Assembly: GCF_009914755.1 (NCBI RefSeq)
Contig: NC_060941.1
Length of the DNA: 64,000 bases
Strand: one strand, 5' to 3'
Source: the human T2T-CHM13v2.0 reference genome, Homo sapiens
Both the position numbers and the translations under genes were made by a program. Below the pieces are notes generated by a model that worked only from the letters and a program-made list of their open reading frames with translations, was not told the origin of the DNA and did no database searches. This document shows positions 30,746-62,019 of the stretch, piece after piece. The stretch's first letter is position 1. Every line of letters begins with the position of its first letter.

Positions 30746-31187
30746 CTAAGAGGGGAAAAGCATGTTCATTGAAGAAGAATTAGCAAAAGTTGTGATTTTT
30801 TAATTTAACCCAGAGAAAACACACTTAGGGACACAGTTAATAAATGATAGAGCCGGACTTAGAACCCAGACAGTCTAACCACAGAGCCTCTGCACTAACC
30901 CAGTGAAGGCAGCCACAGCATGGGTGGTGTTTATTTTCTCTATGCCTGGCACTTAGGTGGCACTTAGAAATGTTGGTTGAATGAATAATCAAAAGTGTGG
31001 TTGGGAGGAAATCAGATAAAGAATCGGAAAAGCAGTTTGTATCCTGTAGATGGACATACACGTTGTTATAAATTATAGCCTGCTTGTTAATAGGAGTGGT
31101 TGAGGATAAAAAGAAAGTAGGTGAAGTTTTAGTTCTGGGTCATTCCTTTGTCCATATTTGAGAATGGAAACTATTTTCTCCCCCAAG

Positions 31188-32359
<1,172 letters not shown>

Positions 32360-32727
32360 GAGACAGTTCTTAATATTCCATATACTTGTGTTCTCGCAAG
32401 ATGCTGTGCGCAGTAGCCACATAGGGAAGAAAAAGCACTTGAGCATACTGTGCCTTCAAACAGATTCTGCTTTCACCCAGATGATTAGGGCTGGAAGGGC
32501 TCTTGGAGATTAGTTGATGTCCCTCCTTTCACTGTGTGGATGAGGAAACTGAGGCCTAGAGACATAATGTAGTGGCAGGGTTAGGACTCAAACCCAGAAT
32601 GCAAGATGCTTAATCCAAAATTCAGCTCATTCAGGCCCAGGATTGATTTGCTTGCCCTAAAGGAGCTCTACTGCACCGATAACCACCTGGCTCCTCCCTC
32701 CACCTGCCTAGGTAAAATGGCCATTAC

Positions 32728-32851
32728 CTCGTCTAAGCTGCCACTTACAGACACAGTACAGGATGAGGCCCAGGCCCACAGAGACAACAATGATGGCCAC
32801 AGCTAAGATGATCCAGAAATTATTCCTCCACCAGCTCATTGCAGTGGAATC
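32728..32851 (-). CDS. SCIMP: SCIMP coding exon 2 (transmembrane): DSTAMSWWRNNFWIILAVAIIVVSVGLGLILYCVCKWQLRR(G)
   Basis: Acceptor TTCTCAG| at 32852, donor GAG|GTAATG at 32727, 124 nt, phases 0/1. Confidence 0.97.
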
Positions 32852-32939
32852 CTGAGAAGAATGGAGAGAGAAGAATGAGGTATGAATGAAAGATATCCTG
32901 GGGTTGGGTGGAGTGGGGCAGTTATCTACTGTGGGTTGT

Positions 32940-35485
<2,546 letters not shown>

Positions 35486-35711
35486 ATACTCTTTAGAGCG
35501 ATAGAAATAAATACCACGACCTGCGCATTCAAAGCTGTTGTATCTGGATTGTGACTGCGTGGAAGGTCGAGGCGGGAAGACAGGGGCTGTTGCTTTTCGT
35601 TATAAACTCTGCATTACTTGATTTTTGCACTACGTACATTTACTTTGATAACACTGGAAAGAATAAATTGGCCATGTAGTGTAGCTTCCAAAAAAAACTA
35701 TTGCTTGGGTT

Positions 35712-35787
35712 TCAAGGTCAAGGAAATTTCATTCTCATCAGTTTCTTGGGAAAGAGGAAGTGGAATGATGTTGTCAGAAAGTGAAAC
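35712..35787. promoter_or_regulatory. Candidate myeloid/B-cell enhancer core in SCIMP intron 1
   Basis: TCAAGGTCA 35712-35720, kB-like AGGAAATTTC 35721-35730, STAT6-type TTCTTGGGAA 35743-35752, PU.1 AAAGAGGAAGTG 35751-35762, ISRE AGAAAGTGAAAC 35776-35787. Confidence 0.65.
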
Positions 35788-35872
35788 CATGGGTCATTTT
35801 CAGAACTACTCAGAGTAATAAATATTTTTTGTCAGTTTTGTTCTTACAAGTGAAATGGACCGCAGAGAGGCA

Positions 35873-39086
<3,214 letters not shown>

Positions 39087-39203
39087 TAGCATTTTTAAAA
39101 GAAGATCTTCAGTAAGAAATATGGTTTACGTTGTGATAGTTATTCACGTATTCACATAAATGAAGCGCTGAAGGGCCCTAGGCTGGCCATCAAGGGAACA
39201 AGT

Positions 39204-39380
39204 TCCCCTCCCCTCCCCTCCCCCCATCTCCTTTCTCCCCTCTTCTCCTTTCTCCTCTCTGCTCCTCTCCTCTCCACTCCTCTCCTCTCCGGTCCTCTCC
39301 TCTCTCCTTTCTCCTCTCCTCTTCTCTCCTTTCTTCTCTCCTCTCCTTTTTCTCCTCTCCTTTCCCTTCTTTTCCTTTTT
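39204..39380. repeat. Polypyrimidine (CT-rich) low-complexity tract forming the tail of an antisense Alu monomer
   Basis: ~175 nt almost entirely C/T. Confidence 0.9.
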
Positions 39381-39899
39381 GTAGAGACAAAAAAATGTTG
39401 TAGACACACAAAAAATGTTGCCTAGGCTGGTTTCAAACTCTGGGCCCCAAGTGATCCTCCGCCCCAGCCTCCCAAAGTACCAGGATTACAGGCATGAGCC
39501 ACTGCACCTGGCCAGAGGGAATAGGTTTCCTGTTCCCACTTAGCTGTTGCACTTGGAATAAGATGCTTAACGTCTCCTTGCAGGCTTCTGAAAAGCTTCC
39601 AAGAGATGTTGCATGCAAAAGAGCTCTGTGTGCAGAAGATCACCAAGCATGAGGCATTATTAAGGGCAAACCAACCAAGTTCTATTTACAATAGCAAGTG
39701 TCTTCTAAGAAGGGCAGCTACCGACCAGGAGAGTCCCCTATTCTCCCTGCAGAGGATCTGCAGATCTGCAAAGCTGGCTGGGTTAGGAATGAAGTTTGCT
39801 GGTAGGAACTGGGGAATGTTGAATTTCTCTGGGTTATAGAAGGGGAGAATTTGGAGTTCTGGGAGGGAAGGTGATGAGAAGAAGGGATGGAAAGATGAG

Positions 39900-41521
<1,622 letters not shown>

Positions 41522-41738
41522 AGAGGAGGAGCTGATAGAAAATGCTCAGGGATGGGCTGGCAAAGACATTTTCAGAGCAGCGCCGTGTTATGTTCTGTGT
41601 GCAGTTGTTTGCGCTGATGCGTTACAAGCCCCTCTGGTGGTCCCCCGCTGAGTCTTTGGTAAAGTCTGCTGCATCTGCCAATTCTTTTGTGAGCAGATTT
41701 GTTCTAGGGGTGTGGGGGACTAAGAAAGGGGTGGAATA

Positions 41739-41848
41739 TAAACAGTGCAGTGTAAACAGTGCAGTATAAACAGTGCAGTGTAAACAGTGCAGTATAAACA
41801 GTATAAACAGTGCAAACAGTGCAGTGTAAACAGCGCAGTGTAAACAGT
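41739..41848. repeat. 14-bp minisatellite (TAAACAGTGCAGTG/A)n, ~8 units
   Basis: Directly visible tandem repeat. Confidence 0.92.
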
Positions 41849-42109
41849 TTTACCCACAGAGGCTGCAGGCCCATTGCTGACCATGGAAAAAGAGGTGGGC
41901 TCCTCGGGAGTCCACAGAAGTCCTGGGGAGGGCTTTGGACTTCGGCAGGCCTGGAATGAGGGTTCGAACTAATCTCAGTCTAGATCTCGAGGGTCTGAGA
42001 GGCTGTAGAGAACATTTAGGCCGGTTGGCATGAGCAGTTCTTGCCCCAGTTCACCTCTAATTCCCCGACTGTTGCTGTTCATGCTAAGTGAGGCCTTGTT
42101 CCCACTCGT

Positions 42110-43700
<1,591 letters not shown>

Positions 43701-44140
43701 TTGACACAGTCAGTGCCTCGCTCCCACCCCCACCTCCAGCATAGCACCATGACAGTCTTCTCACATAACAAGTCCCAAAACACACCATCGGCATCCAGAA
43801 AGTGAGAGTAACTCGTTACAGTTGAGACCTCTCACTCCCGGTCATTATCTCATTTCAATCCAAGAGGTAGACTTCTTCATCGCCCCTGACATACACATGA
43901 GGAAAAGGCCCAGAGAGGTGAAGTGATGCCTCAGGTCACTCAGCCAGTTACCAGTAGAGCAGATCCTTCAATGCAAGTTTTTCTCCAACCCTACACAGCA
44001 GTCGTACCAGGGCCCCAGGCTGCAATCCCCTGGCCCAGTGCTGATCGGTGGCTCCCAGGGACACGCCCTGATGCCAGCGCTGGCAGATGTCTGCTGTGAA
44101 GAGAGCAGGAAACTGTCCCTTGGAAAGCTGAGATGCTTAC

Positions 44141-44161
44141 CTGAACTGTGAAAGTATCCAT
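44141..44161 (-). CDS. SCIMP: SCIMP coding exon 1: MDTFTVQ
   Basis: ATG at 44161-44159, donor CAG|GTAAGC at 44140, phase 0; matches recalled SCIMP N-terminus. Confidence 0.93.
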
Positions 44162-44199
44162 ATGTGAGCAGCTAAGGAGACAGCAGTGGCTGGAGTGCT

Positions 44200-44360
44200 G
44201 CAGCTCAGGCACAGCTGGTGAGAGGCATTCCTCACTCACAGGCCTTCACCCACTGCTAGAGACAGTGAGCCCCATCCTGACCACTTCCCCTTTCTAGTCA
44301 GCCCACGGGGCAGAGACCCTGGCGTCATCTCTAGGCAACCATCCCTTTTCCAGGGAAGCT
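44200..44360 (-). promoter_or_regulatory. SCIMP promoter (TATA-less, non-CpG island)
   Basis: PU.1/SpiB site AGAAAGGGGAAGTGG (44295-44281), STAT6-type TTCCAGGGAA 44348-44357, E-box CAGCTG 44212-44217, just upstream of exon 1. Confidence 0.7.
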
Positions 44361-45079
44361 CATGACCCACGGCTGTCCAGAAGCCAGAATCTTCTCACTG
44401 CCCCGTGTCGCTCCCGCAAGGCCTACCAGAGGACCCTCATGGTGTGGTAGGGGGTCCTGGCAGGGGCCAGGGGCCAGGGTGGAGACTTGGCAGTGGGGGT
44501 GGGTTTGGTGTCCCCACAGACGAGTTTGCCGTGAGCATTCCTGGATGTGGCAACCTCAGTCTCAAGAAGAGCGACAGGACGCCAGCTCCCATGCAGAGAC
44601 AGATCCAGGTAAGAAACCAGCTCATGTGTGACAAACTCACCATCTCACCATGAAGGTGACTCTTGAAAGCTCCTGTGCACCTTGGAACTGCTGAGACATC
44701 TTCTGCTTGGAGGAGGCAAGGGACAGGCTTCCTGTTTCTAAAGGCGTGTGAGTGGCGACCTTGAGAAATGTGGCCAGTGGAGCATTTTGACTGAGTTGGG
44801 TCCCCTCGTGCAATACTGTGAGACAGAACTCCCAGCGAGGCCCACGGCCTCTGACCATGGGGGTTGGAGTGGGGAAACCAATTAGCCATTTTGTTGAATT
44901 GGCTGGTTCTGACTCAAATGAGCAGTCACATTAGTAAAAATAGGCAAACGGATGTGCATTGTATTTGCCCAGAGCGAATGAGTTGTTATCCATTTCAGTA
45001 ATAATGATAACCAGATATGTCTGATAAATATCTGATAATGTCTGATATATGTCTGGTAAATTTAACAAACACCGGGCTC

Positions 45080-46188
<1,109 letters not shown>

Positions 46189-47131
46189 CTAACAAAGCTG
46201 TGACTTCTTGGTTTGTGTTTCATTCATTCATTCAATAAATTACTCAATAAATTATTTTGCTAACCTTTAAGGACCTCAGTTCAGCTGTGATATAGTAAAC
46301 TCTGTAGCCCTACTATTTCTAACAATGCCTTTTGCACAGCAAGTTCAAGCCTGAGGTGTCAGGTGATCAGAATTCCAGGCCCGGTTTGACAAAACTTTCT
46401 TTGTGAATCCTTCCCTTCTCTGAGCCTCAGTTTCCTTGTTGTAAAATGAAAGAATTCAATTGACAAATATGAAAGTGCTCCAGGGATTTTGCCATCTGCC
46501 CTCAAGAAAGTCCCGCAAAGTGTAGGAGGAAGTTGAAGCCATAATATGATGCAGGCTAAATACAATGACCTTCAATTTGTGCCAGACCCTGTGCTCAACA
46601 AGTAGAGACTCAGAACTGGGCAAGTCATTCATGGGTAGAGCACATGGCACATGTTCTACAGGACAGAAGGCACATAAGTTATTACTATGCAAAGTGATGA
46701 ATGCTAGTGCTGTGGAAGCACAAAAGTGGGAGAGAAGAAAGGGTCTGAGTGGTAGCATTTGAACTGGGCCTTGAAGGATGTGTAGGAGCTCACCAAATGG
46801 ACAGAATGTGGACAGACACAAAGCAGCCATAGTATTTGGAGAGAAAGAGATGGTTGCATGGCTGATCAAGAGTGAATGTGTTGGGCAGTCAGAGGCTTGA
46901 GAGCAAAGTTTAGGGACACACACCACGGCATCTGGATCTACCCACTTCCTTGCTATCTACATTCTTCCCCGACTCCACCATTTGTCTTTCCACCACAAGA
47001 GGAGGGCAGGAAGTTGGGGCGGTTGTGTTCTTTCTGCACATCTGAAATGCCACCTGCTGGTCTGGGCAACTAAAGAGGTCCCTGAGGGCCCTAGATTAGC
47101 GGCTGGACCAGAGGGTGTCAAGGAGAATGAA

Positions 47132-47150
47132 GGGCACCCTCTAGTGGTCA
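47132..47150 (-). promoter_or_regulatory. CTCF motif (reverse)
   Basis: Reverse complement TGACCACTAGAGGGTGCCC matches extended CTCF core. Confidence 0.6.
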
Positions 47151-47508
47151 CCTGTGGTGCTTTCTCCTCAGGATTCTGGTCCCTCTGACCTCCCCGTAGG
47201 GATGGCTGGACACACAAGATGTTCACCTCTTAAAGCTACAGAGACCATCAGGCTAGAGGACACTCAGAAGGGATTCCAGTCCACCCCTCATCTCATGACT
47301 CAACCTTTTTGTCAACATCCGGGTGGCACCCAGCTTCTGCCGTTTTGTTTCTTCTCACTCAGTCATCTAAGTCATGTGTAAAATGAGGTGTTATTCTTTG
47401 TGCCACTCACAAGTGTCAATCCCCATCATGAGAAAAAAACTGAAGAAAGAGAAATCATAAGATACAACATATAATTAGAACATTAATAGATTTTATTGCA
47501 GTTTTTAA

Positions 47509-48927
<1,419 letters not shown>

Positions 48928-49251
48928 CAATTTAACCCAACTCAGTCATCTCTCCTCTGGACACTCTCCCCATGACATACTTTGCAATGGTTTTAAAATA
49001 TGCTCATACATTTTTTTGACACTCCTCCCATTGAGCTGTGGGAATCTATGTCCCCTCTACTCAAAAGTGGGCTGACGTTAGTGACTCACTTATAACACTG
49101 ACTGTAGGGGAAGGAAAGCTGCTTAACTTTTGAGGATAAAAAATTATGCAGCTTTGGGCGGGACGCGGTGGCTCACGCCTGTAATTCCAGCACTTTGGGA
49201 GGCCGAGGCGGGTGGATCATGAGGTCACGAGTTCAAGACCAACCTGGCCAA

Positions 49252-51322
49252 TGGAAGGTCCCCTGAATGGGCTACACCATGGTTGAGCCATTGTGACCCC
49301 TGTGACCCACACGTTACAGGCCTCCTGGAGTCACAAAGCCTGGAGCAACAGGAGAACCACTAAAGAAGACGGAACAGCTAGTTCCTGCCTTAATGATTAA
49401 CCGACCTTGCAACAGTCCACCTTGTGATATGTTCCTGCCCTTCCCCAACTAATCCATCCACCTTGTGATATGTTCCTGCCCTTCCCCAACTAATCCATCC
49501 ACCTTGTGATATGTTCCTGCCCTTCCCCAACTAATCCATCCACCACTGTGATATGTTCCTGCCCTTCCCCAACTAATCCATCCACCTTGTGATATGTTCC
49601 TGCCCTTCCCCAACTAATCCATCCACCTTGTGATATGTTCCTGCCCTTCCCCAACTAATCCATCCACCACTGTGATATGTTCCTGCCCTACCCTAACTAA
49701 TCCATCCACCTTGTGATATGTTCCTGCCCTTCCCCAACTAATCCATCCACCTTGTGATATGTTCCTGCCCTTCCCCAACTAATCCATCCACCATTGTGAC
49801 ATGTTCCTGCCCTTCCCCAACTAATCCATCCACCACTGTGACATGTTCCTGCCCTTCCCCAACTAATCCATCCACCTTGTGATATGTTCCTGCCCTTCCC
49901 CAACTAATCCATCCACCTTGTGATATGTTCCTGCCCTTCCCCAACTAATCCATCCACCTTGTGATATGTTCCTGCCCTTCCCCAACTAATCCATCCACCT
50001 TTTGGCATGTTCCTGCCCTTCCTCAACTAATCCATCCACCACTGTGACATGTTCCTGCCCTACCCTAACTAATCCATCCACCTTGTGATATGTTCCTGCC
50101 CTTCCCCAACTAATCCATCCACCTTGTGGCATGTTCCTGCCCTTCCTCAACTAATCCATCCACCACTGTGACATGTTCCTGCCCTACCCTAACTAATCCA
50201 TCCACCTTGTGATATGTTCCTGCCCTTCCCCAACTAATCCATCCACCATTGTGACATGTTCCTGCCCTTCCCCAACTAATCCATCCACCATTGTGACATG
50301 TTCCTGCCCTTCCCCAACTAATCCATCCACCTTGTGATATGTTCCTGCCCTTCCCCAACTAATCCATCCACCTTGTGATTGTTCCTGCCCTTCCCCAACT
50401 AATCCATCCACCTTGTGACATGTTCCTGCCCTACCCTAACTAATCCATCCACCTTGTGATATGTTCCTTCCCTACCCTAACTAATCCATCCACCTTGTGA
50501 TATGTTCCTGCCCTTCCCCAACTAATCCATCCACCTTGTGATATGTTCCTGCCCTTCCCCAACTAATCCATCCACCTTGTGACATGTTCCTGCCCTACCC
50601 TAACTAATCCATCCACCACTGTGACATGTTCCTGCCCTACCCTAACTAATCCATCCACCTTGTGATATGTTCCTGCCCTTCCCCAACTAATCCATCCACC
50701 TTGTGACATGTTCCTGCCCTACCCTAACTAATCCATCCACCACTGTGACATGTTCCTGCCCTACCCTAACTAATCCATCCACCTTGTGATATGTTCCTTC
50801 CCTACCCTAACTAATCCATCCACCTTGTGATATGTTCCTGCCCTTCCCCAACTAATCCATCCACCTTGTGATATGTTCCTGCCCTTCCCCAACTAATCCA
50901 TCCACCTTGTGACATGTTCCTGCCCTACCCTAACTAATCCATCCACCACTGTGACATGTTCCTGCCCTACCCTAACTAATCCATCCGCCTTGTGATATGT
51001 TCCTTCCCTACCCTAATTAATCCATCCACCTTGTGATATGTTCCTGCCCTTCCCCAACTAATCCATCCACCTTGTGATATCGTGCCTTATGACTTCCCCC
51101 ACCTTGTGACTATGCACCTTGTAACATTCTTCCCCTGCCCAAAAAAACTGCCCCTAACTGTAACTTTCCACTACCTACCCCAAACCTATAGAACCAGTTC
51201 CACTCCCACCACCCTTCGCTGACTCCTTTCTCTGACTCAGCCCACTTGCACCCAAGTGAATAAACAGCCTTGTTGCTCCACTAAGCCTGCTCAGGTGGTC
51301 TCTTATACGGAGGCGTGTAACA
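49252..51322 (+). mobile_element. ERV1 solo LTR of the LTR7-related (HERV-H/F) group with expanded internal VNTR
   Basis: TG...CA termini, 5-bp TSD GCCAA (49247-49251, 51323-51327), CCTATA box ~51185, CCCTTCGCTGACTC...GACTCAGCCC...AATAAACAGCC R/U5 similar to LTR7. Confidence 0.85.
49416..51080. repeat. VNTR, 41/42-bp unit CCTTGTGATATGTTCCTGCCCTTCCCCAACTAATCCATCCA, ~40 copies
   Basis: Directly visible tandem array with a few variant unit types. Confidence 0.97.
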
Positions 51323-52051
51323 GCCAAGATGGTGAAACACTGTCTCTACTAAAAATACAAAAATTAGCCGGGCGCTGTGGCGGGCACCTGTAATCCCAGC
51401 TACTCGGGAGGCTGAGGCAGGGGAATCACTTGAACCCAGGGGTGGAGGTTTCAGTGAGCCGAGATCAGGCCACTGCACTCCAGCCTGGGCAACAGAGTGA
51501 GACTCCATCTCAAAGAAAAAAAAAATTATGAAGTTTCCAGTTCGTCCTCTTAAGATTCCCACTCAGTGGGAGGGGGAAGCCAGCTACCACATAAGAAGTC
51601 CAGCTACTCTGAGACCCCGCCATGCTGGAGAAGCCATGCAGAGCCCTGGGTTGGCAGCCCCAGCTGAGCTACCTGGACACAACCCATGCCAGCCATGTGA
51701 GTGAGCCATCTTGGACGTCCAGCCCTGTGGGGCCTTCAGATGACATCTGAGCAGCTGCTAGGGAAACACTGAGTGAGACCTGCCAGGCTCAGTCCTGTCT
51801 AAATTCCTGGCCCACAAAATCATGAGCAAACCAAGTGGCTATTTTAAGTCAACAAGATTTGCAGTAACTTGTTACACATCCGTAGTGGCTGGAACAACTT
51901 TTTCTCTACCCTCTTGCCCCACTTCCACGCCTCCAGGGGCAAAGCATAACGCCCATTTTGCTGCAAACAGCGTGCCTGGTCGGCCTCTCTATCACAGCTG
52001 AGTGTACACCTGTTATCTTGCCTTCCCAGGACTTCACTCCCTCTTCGGTGA

Positions 52052-52703
<652 letters not shown>

Positions 52704-52989
52704 TAAGTCAGTTCCAGGAAGGCTGCCACCATTTGCTACCAAAACAATCCTTACACAACAATAGCAAGTCTCCTTCCATCTCCTCTATTCTGGTCCTTGA
52801 AACCTTATCAATGGTGAGGTCACAGTCATTGTTTGTTGTTCGGTTGAGAACTGAGGGGGTGGGGTAGGAGGAAGAAGGTCTATTTTTAAAAATCACACAC
52901 ACTAAAAAAGGTTCAGGCTCTGAGAACCTGTGAAATCTTGACTAATTTTGGCTTTCCCCATGGGAACCCACCAGAAAAGTATTCAAACT

Positions 52990-54343
<1,354 letters not shown>

Positions 54344-54413
54344 AAATTAGCAAATCGTTTTCTTTAAAAAAAAATCATGGTAAAATGTATGTACCATAAG
54401 GCTTATTTTAATC

Positions 54414-55777
<1,364 letters not shown>

Positions 55778-55856
55778 GAAGGCCAATGTTATAAGAGGTT
55801 TAAAAGAAAATCCAAAGACCAGATAACATTTATAAATCAAGGTTATTGAAACAAAT

Positions 55857-57250
<1,394 letters not shown>

Positions 57251-57430
57251 ACGAGCAAATGTAAGCAAACTGTTTTTTAACAAAGGGGGTAGGGAAGAAA
57301 ATCAATGCAACTTCTATAGGACTGGACAGAATATCCACCTCTATAAACAAGAATTATTTTTGCATTGCTATCAGTCATCCATACTTTACAGAGAATTGAG
57401 ATCAGATAACCCAGAAATAGATCCTCTAGA

Positions 57431-57897
57431 ACAGGGGTCCGGGGCCTGTTAGGAACTGGGCTGCATAGCAGGAGGTGAGTATTGGGTGAGTGAGCGAAGC
57501 CTCATTTGTATTTACAGCTTCTTGCATGACTGCCTGAAATCCGCCTCCTGTCAGATCAGCAGGGGCATTGGATTATGATAGGAGTGAGAACACCATTGTG
57601 GACTGCGCATGCCAGGGATCTAGGTTCCGCGCTCCTTATGAGAATCTGATGCCTGATGATCTGTCACTGTCTCCCATCACCCCCAGATGGGACTGTCTAG
57701 TTGAAGAAAAACAAGTTCAGGGCTCCCACTGATGCTACGTTACGGTGAGTTGTATAATTATTTCATTATAATTACAATGTAATGATAATAGAAATAAAGG
57801 GCACAATAAATATAATGAGCTTGAATGATCCTGAAACCATACTCTGCTGCTCCATGGAAAAATTGTCTTCCATGAAATCAGTCCCTGGTGCCACAAA
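57431..57897 (+). mobile_element. MER1A-like hAT DNA transposon
   Basis: CAGGGGTCC...GGCCTGTTAGGAAC...TCCATGGAAAAATTGTCTTCCATGAAATCAGTCCCTGGTGCC. Confidence 0.8.
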
Positions 57898-58017
57898 ACT
57901 AGTCCCCGATGCTGCCCTAGAGTTTATATACTGCACAGCTTTCTGACGAAACACAAACTTCCCTCTCTATGAGAGATGGCTGCGGCTGAGAAATTCGAAA
58001 GAAGATCAGGTCAGTAG

Positions 58018-59489
<1,472 letters not shown>

Positions 59490-59529
59490 TCATCGGCTAA
59501 TTGTTAAACCAGACAAGAAGCCCTTATAC

Positions 59530-60756
<1,227 letters not shown>

Positions 60757-60854
60757 TCACACATCAAAACTAATTCCAGATTTTAGTTAAAATTTAAATG
60801 TAAAAAAATAAAACAAATATTCTTAAATATTCATGTCATGAATAGTAAATATAA

Positions 60855-61502
<648 letters not shown>

Positions 61503-61747
61503 TATGATTTTCTTAATAACATTTTCTTTTCTCTATCTTACTTTACTGTAAGAATACAGTATATAATACATATAACATACAAAATGTGTTAATCGATTGT
61601 TAATGTTATTGGTAAGGCTTCTGGTCAACAGCAGGCTATTAGCAGTTAAGCCTACTATTGACCAGAAGCCTTACCAATAACATGTGGGATGTCAACTGCA
61701 CCAGGGGTTAGCACCCCTAACTCCTGTGTTGTTCAAGGGTCAACTAT
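61503..61747. mobile_element. Tigger3/MER8-like DNA transposon end with an internal inverted duplication
   Basis: TTGGTAAGGCTTCTGGTCAACAG...CCCCTAACTCCTGTGTTGTTCAAGGGTCAACT terminal motif. Confidence 0.8.
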
Positions 61748-62019
61748 TCTTATTTTCCAACCTAATGTTGCCCTCCTCAGAGAGGCTTTGATTTTATCTA
61801 AAATAACATCCCTCAGTGAAAAATTACCAAGTATTCAATAAATCTGAAAAATACTTTCATGATGAAGAGAAAAATCAATTGCAACAGACCCAGGAATAAC
61901 AGAGATGATGAGATTAGTGGACAAGAGCATGTTATGTAGAGACATAGAAGATATATAGATACTGATAGACTATGTATGTATATATGAGTGTATCTATCAT
62001 CTATCTCTTCTAGAGATGA

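Larger units (their letters stand above)
48982..51896 (+). mobile_element. MLT1F/G-like LTR (48982-49155 and 51530-51896) split by an Alu, itself split by an ERV1 LTR
   Basis: TGGTTTTAAAATATG...TTTGACACTCCTCCCATTGAG start; CCATGCTGGAGAAGCCATG...AAATTCCTGGCCCACAAAATCATGAGC...GGAACA end; Alu halves 49156-49251 and 51328-51525. Confidence 0.75.

Noticed and set aside
39144-39411. Glu/Arg/Gly-rich ORFs in three frames
   Set aside because: Low-complexity GA tract
45005-45058. Short imperfect TCTGATA repeats with GATA cores upstream of SCIMP
   Set aside because: Small slippage-type duplication with no supporting context
49416-51080. Regular array superficially like CRISPR, and repetitive ORFs (GGWISWGRAGT)
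   Set aside because: No unique spacers, eukaryotic context; the ORFs merely translate the VNTR
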